The position numbers and the translations under genes were made by a program. Shown here in pieces: positions 58,222-64,000 of a DNA stretch of 64,000 nucleotides. Source of the stretch: Candidatus Omnitrophota bacterium. Its GTDB lineage: Bacteria > Omnitrophota > Gorgyraeia > B26-G9 > JBDRCZ01. Under the pieces are notes generated by a model, which made no database searches, had not been told where the DNA came from, and saw only the letters and a program-made list of their open reading frames with translations. Each line of letters opens with the position of its first letter. The first letter of the stretch is position 1. Location: positions 4,302 through 68,301 of the forward strand of contig JBDRCZ010000109.1 in the NCBI GenBank assembly GCA_043821285.1, in the 5' to 3' direction.

Positions 58222-59511
58222 GTGAAAGTTAAACTAATCTCTAAATTAATTAGTATTTTAATAATGATTGGGGAGATGTGTTATATTCATAGCCAAATAA
58301 TTAAACCACAAGCCGCTGCCCAACCTGCTGCTCCTGAGGCTGAAGCTTACTCTGCTGGAGGCCAAGCTGCTTTGAAAAATCTCTCCCGGCTATTCACTTA
58401 CCCGTCCCTTTGGGGTGATATCTCTTTTGTTGACTTAGATGGCGATGGACTAAAAGAAGTCATTGGCGGAGGGCTTGACGAACATCGTAACATGTGTGCC
58501 AGTCTCGTAGTTTATGAGATAAATCAACAGAAGCTCTGGGAACGCGAGAATTTTTATCCCGAGAAATACTTGGTAGTAGATTTAGATGGCGACGGTAAAA
58601 AAGAAATCATCGGCAATGGTAAAGGTATAAGCGAAAGAGTGGAGTATCCCGAGAGAAATCTAATTACTTCAAAAACGAAATATACCATTTTAATTTTGGA
58701 TTATAAAGGTAATCTTAAAGCTCAATGGGATTTTGATGCAGATGTTTATCCGAAATTTTCTCTGAATTTGATTGACGATTTAGATAATGATGGCAAAAAA
58801 GAATTAGTTTGCAAGGCGGATGCTGTATCTGCAGATAACAAGTATGCCTTTTTCATATTAGATGATAAAGGTAATGTTAAGGGAAACATTTTGCTGCCGC
58901 CGCCCTCTCCCGCTTTTATAGAGCGCGAAATTCTTATAAGAGATATAGACGCTGACGGTAAAAAAGAAATTGCTATCTTTTTTGGTGAAAGGTTGCGGCG
59001 TGGTTCTGCGGGTGCCCAGGAAAGAGATATCTTCATCAACGAAGGGAATAGGGCGATTGTTTTTAGTTACGGGTTACCCTTTTATACCTATCGTTATTTT
59101 AATGGAGACCTTAATCTCATTACACTTACCAGTGCCCAGGAAGAAGCATTTATAAACGCCCTGGCTTTGTCAATAAAACAGGGTTCTCAGTTAAATTTCC
59201 CTTTTAATAATAAACAGCACACCCTTAAAGTTGAACAACGCGAAGTTAAACCATACGGTGGAAAAGAATATCCTGCCCAGTACGTATTCACAATGAGTAT
59301 ATACGATTCCGAGTCCAATCTCATCGCTACTTATCAACCAGAACTTGTTTATACGGGTGGGCCATTGCCTGTGGGAGCACTGCCTTATGGAGTCTCTACG
59401 AGAGTAAGGGTTATTGACTTAAACAATGACGGCAATGACGAGATTATCTGGCTTGATGATTATTGGAGTGAAGATCCGACATTTAAAGTTTTTAGCTTGA
59501 AAGAACAATAA
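58222..59511 (+). CDS. Secreted FG-GAP/VCBS-like repeat protein
   Basis: Five D(L/I)(D/N)xDG..E motifs; hydrophobic N-terminus and Ala/Pro linker. Confidence 0.75.
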   Translation: MKVKLISKLISILIMIGEMCYIHSQIIKPQAAAQPAAPEAEAYSAGGQAALKNLSRLFTYPSLWGDISFVDLDGDGLKEVIGGGLDEHRNMCASLVVYEINQQKLWERENFYPEKYLVVDLDGDGKKEIIGNGKGISERVEYPERNLITSKTKYTILILDYKGNLKAQWDFDADVYPKFSLNLIDDLDNDGKKELVCKADAVSADNKYAFFILDDKGNVKGNILLPPPSPAFIEREILIRDIDADGKKEIAIFFGERLRRGSAGAQERDIFINEGNRAIVFSYGLPFYTYRYFNGDLNLITLTSAQEEAFINALALSIKQGSQLNFPFNNKQHTLKVEQREVKPYGGKEYPAQYVFTMSIYDSESNLIATYQPELVYTGGPLPVGALPYGVSTRVRVIDLNNDGNDEIIWLDDYWSEDPTFKVFSLKEQ

Positions 59512-59778
59512 ATATTTTTAGGATAAATATGACTTTAAGAAAAGTTAGATTATTACTAATAAATTTGGTAGTATTAGTAAGTACGCATTTCCTGCCATTA
59601 TCACACAATTACGAAATGGTATTAATATGATTTTTTGTCGTAACTGTTTATAAATTTTACTGGTAATGTTTAAATTAGATATTAGTTTCATTATTGATAT
59701 AATAGTAAATATTGCATAAAAGACCATAAATTACGAAGTTCGTATATTAATTGTTATCTGAAAAAATAAATATAAACA

Positions 59779-59932
59779 AACCACAGAGAAAGACAGAGTG
59801 GCTATAAAACAATAAACAGAAAAAGTTATTGGTTGAGGGATAGAAGTGCATAAGGCAGTAGGTCTAGGATTATTAGAATCGGTTTATGAACAATATAAAA
59901 TTTCTCTGTGGAACTCAGTGTTCTCTGTGGTT
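59779..59932 (+). mobile_element. Inverted-repeat element with GxxExxY N-terminal remnant
   Basis: aaccacagagaaagacagag / ctctgtggaactcagtgttctctgtggtt enclosing TEKVIG*GIEVHKAVGLGLLESVYEQ. Confidence 0.8.
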
Positions 59933-60099
59933 AAAAATAAAAACAGATAACCAAACGCTGCAGCGAATTTGCACCGCTTGAGCGGTACGAATCGCTGAGC
60001 TTTAGCCCTAACCCTATAAAAAAGTAAAGATATGGCCACGGATTGAACATGAATAAAAAAATTAATAAATCTTCCTTAATATATTAAGATTTTTTTATT

Positions 60100-60128
60100 T
60101 TGACACTAATATCTTATTGTGTTAAAAT
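60100..60128 (+). promoter_or_regulatory. Sigma70-type promoter for ugd-rml genes
   Basis: TTGACA-17 nt-TAAAAT with extended TG. Confidence 0.6.
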
Positions 60129-60206
60129 TCATTATTGTTTTAAACTTGCGTGTTCCCTGTATCTTGATAGAGGGTTAAGGAAATTTTTATAAGAGGTAAT
60201 AATCTT

Positions 60207-61496
60207 ATGAAACTGGCGATGATTGGCTGTGGTTATGTCGGGTTAGTTACCGGGACTTGTTTTGCCGATATGGGGAATATCGTTACTTGTGTCGACAATA
60301 ATAAGTCAAAAATAGATCAGCTTAAAAAGGGTATTTCTCCAATTTATGAGCCGGGAATAGAAACCCTGATTCAGAAAAATATGAAAAACAGACGGCTGCG
60401 GTTTAGTACGTTAATTCGACAGGCCGTGGCGGATTCCGAGATAATATTTATTGCCGTCGGCACACCGCCGCGGGATAATGGCGAAGCGGATTTAACCTAT
60501 ATCGAAGACGTGGCTTGTGAGATTGCCAAGGCAATAAAGGATTATAAGCTGATTGTGGAAAAAAGCACTGTGCCAGTAGAAACCGGCTGGTGGGTTGCAC
60601 ATACCTTAAAGGCAAATGCCCGGGCTGGAGCAAAATTTGATGTTGCCAGTAATCCCGAGTTTTTACGCGAAGGTACGGCGATTAATGATTTCATGCATCC
60701 GGACAGGATTGTTATTGGCGTGGAGAATAAAAGGGCAAAAGATATTTTGCTTGCTTTATACCGGCCGTTTAAATGCCCGATTGTGGTAACGGATATTAAA
60801 AGCGCAGAACTAATAAAGCATGCCTCAAACTCATTTCTTGCAACTAAGTTGTCGTTTATTAATGCGCTGTCTTGTATATGTGATTTTGTCGGTGCAGATG
60901 TCGTTAAGGTGGCTGAAGGTATGGGATTGGATAAGCGGATTGGACGTAGTTATTTAGATGCCGGGCTGGGATATGGCGGGTTTTGTTTGCCTAAGGATGT
61001 TGAGGCATTCATCAGAATCTCAGAAAAGAAAGGTTATGACTTTAAACTTTTACAGGCTGTAAAGGAAATTAATGATTGCCAGTTAGATAATATTGTTAAA
61101 AAGATAGAGGAGCAACTTTGGATTTTAAAAAATAAGACGATTGGCATACTTGGGCTTTCATTTAAACCAAACACCGACGATTTGAGGTTTGCTCCTTCAC
61201 TTGAGCTGATTAGAAAATTACAGGCAGAAGGGGCGCAGATTAAGGCTTATGACCCTCAGGCAATGTCAAAGGCTAAATCTCTGCTTAAAAAAGTAGAATT
61301 TTGTAAAAATGTTTATGACCTTGCTAAAAATAGCGATGCCTTAATAGTTGTTACGGAATGGGACGAGTTTAAGGAAATGGAGCTAAAACGTATTAAAAAG
61401 TTGATGAAAAAACCAGTGATCATTGATGGCCGTAATATTTATGAACCAAAGTTTATGAAACAGTTAGGGTTTAAATACGTTTGTATAGGCAGATAA
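60207..61496 (+). CDS. ugd: UDP-glucose 6-dehydrogenase
   Basis: GCGYVGL, AVGTP, EKSTVP, SNPEFLREG, GYGGFCLPKD, FKPNTDD. Confidence 0.93.
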   Translation: MKLAMIGCGYVGLVTGTCFADMGNIVTCVDNNKSKIDQLKKGISPIYEPGIETLIQKNMKNRRLRFSTLIRQAVADSEIIFIAVGTPPRDNGEADLTYIEDVACEIAKAIKDYKLIVEKSTVPVETGWWVAHTLKANARAGAKFDVASNPEFLREGTAINDFMHPDRIVIGVENKRAKDILLALYRPFKCPIVVTDIKSAELIKHASNSFLATKLSFINALSCICDFVGADVVKVAEGMGLDKRIGRSYLDAGLGYGGFCLPKDVEAFIRISEKKGYDFKLLQAVKEINDCQLDNIVKKIEEQLWILKNKTIGILGLSFKPNTDDLRFAPSLELIRKLQAEGAQIKAYDPQAMSKAKSLLKKVEFCKNVYDLAKNSDALIVVTEWDEFKEMELKRIKKLMKKPVIIDGRNIYEPKFMKQLGFKYVCIGR

Positions 61497-61527
61497 GTTT
61501 CATTACTTACAGTAATGAAACTTATCT
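61491..61527. repeat. Long perfect hairpin after ugd (terminator or REP-like)
   Basis: agataagtttcattact / agtaatgaaacttatct; same outer arms as the hairpin near 46794-46839. Confidence 0.5.
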
Positions 61528-61650
61528 ACAATTTTAAAAAGAATTATTAAAAGGGAAAGTTTGAAAACCGCAGGTTTTCATATGGCAATTTGTACGCGTC
61601 AGAACATTCCTTAATTTTTTAAGGTTCTGACTTGTACAAATTGGGAGGTT

Positions 61651-62109
61651 TTGATGATAAAAGATGTTATTAATAAAAGCTTAAGATTAATACCAGATGA
61701 ACGCGGCCGTTTACTGGAAATATTGCGGGCCGATGAGAAGATATTTAAAAAATTCGGACAGGTGTATCTTACAAGCGTTTACCCGGGAGTTATAAAAGGA
61801 TGGCATTATCATAAGCGGCAGATAGATAATATTGTTTGTGTTTCCGGGATGGTTAAACTTGTGCTTTTTGACCTGAGAAAAGATTCTATAACGTATAACC
61901 AGATAAATGAATTTTTTATTGGTGAATATAATTATGCATTAGTCCAGATTCCGCCAATGGTTGCGCATGGATTTAAATGTATAAGCCGGAACGAGGCATT
62001 GTTATTAAATATTCCCGACAAGGTGTATAATTATAAAAAGCCGGATGAATTTCGTATTCCTCTTGACACGGATACCATCCCGTATGATTGGAAAAGAAAG
62101 GATAGATAA
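61651..62109 (+). CDS. dTDP-4-dehydrorhamnose 3,5-epimerase family (cupin)
   Basis: DERGRL.E, GVIKGWHYH, DLR..S.T, IPPMVAHGF. Confidence 0.85.
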   Translation: MMIKDVINKSLRLIPDERGRLLEILRADEKIFKKFGQVYLTSVYPGVIKGWHYHKRQIDNIVCVSGMVKLVLFDLRKDSITYNQINEFFIGEYNYALVQIPPMVAHGFKCISRNEALLLNIPDKVYNYKKPDEFRIPLDTDTIPYDWKRKDR

Positions 62110-62849
62110 TGAAGGGAGTAATATTAGCCGGAGGGATTGGCACAAGACTCGCTCCTTTAACCAATATAACCAATAAGCACTTATTGCCGGTATATAATCT
62201 ACCGATGATTTATTATCCTCTCCAGGCATTAGTGGAAGCGGGAATTCGAGATATTTTATTGGTTACCGGAGGCAATAATGCCGGAGATTTTTTAAGGTTA
62301 CTTGGCAATGGACAAGAATTTGGTTTAAAACATATTAATTATACCTATCAAAAAGGGGAAGGGGGAATTGCCGAAGCATTATCCCTTGCCGAACATTTTT
62401 CCGGGGGTGAAAAAATAATTGTGATTTTAGGTGATAATTTATTTGAACACTCAATATGTACCTATGTTCAACGATTTGCAAAACAAAAAAACGGCGCAAG
62501 AATATTAATCAAAGAAGTTTCGGATGCTCATCGTTTTGGTGTAGTCGAACTTAAAGGTAAAAAGATTGCTTCGATTGAGGAAAAGCCCAAAAAACTAAAA
62601 TCAAGATATATTGTTACCGGTATTTATATGTATGATGCACAAGTTTTTGATATGATTAGGACATTGAAACCATCGGCAAGAGGAGAACTTGAAATTACGG
62701 ATGTAAATAATGCCTACTTGAAACAAAACGAGTTATACTATGATAGCTTAGATGGCTGGTGGACAGACTGCGGGACATTTGCTTCTTTACTGCGGGCAAA
62801 TAATCTTGTTGCCAAAAAGAAAAACCACAACTTATTGCTTCGGCAATGA
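62109..62849 (+). CDS. rfbA: Glucose-1-phosphate thymidylyltransferase (short form)
   Basis: GVILAGGIGTRL.PLT...NKHLLPVY, LGDN, EEKP, RGELEITD, WTDCGT. Confidence 0.9.
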   Translation: MKGVILAGGIGTRLAPLTNITNKHLLPVYNLPMIYYPLQALVEAGIRDILLVTGGNNAGDFLRLLGNGQEFGLKHINYTYQKGEGGIAEALSLAEHFSGGEKIIVILGDNLFEHSICTYVQRFAKQKNGARILIKEVSDAHRFGVVELKGKKIASIEEKPKKLKSRYIVTGIYMYDAQVFDMIRTLKPSARGELEITDVNNAYLKQNELYYDSLDGWWTDCGTFASLLRANNLVAKKKNHNLLLRQ

Positions 62850-62890
62850 GTTGTCAATAACCATTATTGATACAGGCTGCATAATCGGAC

Positions 62891-63865
62891 ATGTTGACAA
62901 ACAATAAAAAAGTGTTAATTACCGGCGGTGCCGGTTTTATCGGGTCGAATTTTATCCGCTATATCTTAAATAAAAATCCTTTTACTAAAATTATTAATCT
63001 TGATAAATTGACCTATTGCGGGAATTTGAATAACTTAAAAGACCTCTGCCAGCATAAAAATTATAAATTTGTTAAAGGGGATATTTGTAATACAACGCTG
63101 GTGGATAAAACAGTTAAAGGCTGTAAGGTTATCATAAATTTTGCCGCGCAAACGCATGTGGACAGATCAATAAAAAATGCTGCGGAGTTTATTAAAACTA
63201 ATGTACAGGGGACGCATGTATTGCTTGAAGCTGCTAAAAGACATAAGTTAGACTTATTTGTGCAAATTTCAACTGATGAGGTGTATGGTTCCATATTAAA
63301 CGGCAAATTTTGTGAAGCCTCGCTACTTAACCCAAGCAGCCCTTATTCTGCTTCAAAGGCGAGTGCGGATTTACTTTGCGTATCATACTATAAGACTTAC
63401 AAACTTCCGGTTATTATTACCCGCAGCAGCAATAATTTTGGGCCGTATCAATATCCGGAAAAGATTATTCCTTTATTTATTACCAATGCCATAGAAGGCA
63501 AGAGATTACCTGTTTACGGAGACGGATTAAATATACGTGATTGGATATATGTGCTGGATAATTGTGCGGCAATTGAACTAGCGGCGCAAAAGGGAAAAAT
63601 TGGCGAAATTTATAATATTGGCGGCAGTAATGAATTAAACAACCTGCAGCTTACCAAAATGGTCTTATCCCGGATGGGAAAATCAGAAAAATTAATAAAA
63701 TTTGTTACGGACCGTCCGGCGCATGACCGCAGATATGCTTTGGATATTACAAAAATAAAGAGCCTGGGCTGGCAGTCAAATTATGATTTTAATACCGCGA
63801 TATCTGATACAATCCAATGGTATATTAACAATAAACAATGGTGGCAAAGACTAAAAAGATATTGA
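62891..63865 (+). CDS. rfbB: dTDP-glucose 4,6-dehydratase
   Basis: TGGAGFIGSNF, AAQTHVDRS, STDEVYG, YSASK, HDRRYA. Confidence 0.95.
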   Translation: MLTNNKKVLITGGAGFIGSNFIRYILNKNPFTKIINLDKLTYCGNLNNLKDLCQHKNYKFVKGDICNTTLVDKTVKGCKVIINFAAQTHVDRSIKNAAEFIKTNVQGTHVLLEAAKRHKLDLFVQISTDEVYGSILNGKFCEASLLNPSSPYSASKASADLLCVSYYKTYKLPVIITRSSNNFGPYQYPEKIIPLFITNAIEGKRLPVYGDGLNIRDWIYVLDNCAAIELAAQKGKIGEIYNIGGSNELNNLQLTKMVLSRMGKSEKLIKFVTDRPAHDRRYALDITKIKSLGWQSNYDFNTAISDTIQWYINNKQWWQRLKRY

Positions 63866-64000
63866 TTACCGGCGCTCAAGGCATGCTTGGCCAGATGCTG
63901 CAAAATGTTTTTTCTAACAATTATCAGGTTTTGGGGTTAGATATTCAGGGCGGTAATATTATTGCAGATATCAGTAAAAAAGATGACGTTATAAAAGAAA
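63838..64000 (+). CDS. rfbD: dTDP-4-dehydrorhamnose reductase, 5' part (runs off the window)
   Basis: MVAKTKKILITGAQGMLGQML following rfbB. Confidence 0.75.
   Translation, partial: MVAKTKKILITGAQGMLGQMLQNVFSNNYQVLGLDIQGGNIIADISKKDDVIKE

Noticed and set aside
57799-59511. Prophage or integrative island at the tRNA
   Set aside because: No integrase, phage genes or duplicated tRNA 3' end seen in the window.
1847-63494. Numerous 60-160 aa minus-strand and alternate-frame ORFs in the ORF track
   Set aside because: They overlap well-supported + strand genes and show no recognisable motifs; treated as shadow ORFs.

Overview
AT-rich bacterial chromosome segment in which essentially every real gene is on the + strand. 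Gene content and protein style suggest a PVC-superphylum organism such as Ca. Omnitrophota (inference only). In order: a GAF histidine kinase / sigma54-type regulator / PocR-GAF signalling trio (0.2-4.1 kb); a ~28.5 kb ABC-transporter (Wzm/Wzt) surface-glycan cluster with many glycosyltransferases, two SGNH proteins, an O-antigen-ligase-like/TPR protein and five radical SAM enzymes (5.2-33.7 kb); housekeeping genes pyk, rimP-nusA-infB, trpS-scpA-scpB, pheA-hisC-aroF-tyrA-cmk-plsC-ispH-rpsA; an FMN riboswitch ahead of the rib/nusB operon; a GIY-YIG nuclease beside a degenerate tRNA-Pro; an FG-GAP protein; and ugd plus dTDP-rhamnose genes. The most notable signal is intergenic. Six broken copies of a GxxExxY (PD-(D/E)xK-like) gene each sit between long inverted repeats built from 9-10 nt CAC-containing units, and many empty or solo copies of the same repeats are present. 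Several of these lie inside a second shell with GGTAGTGTCAAA...TTTGACAnAACC termini and 8-bp target-site duplications. Together they look like a family of small, nested, mostly non-autonomous mobile elements associated with GxxExxY genes. All alignments and translations outside the ORF track were done by eye.
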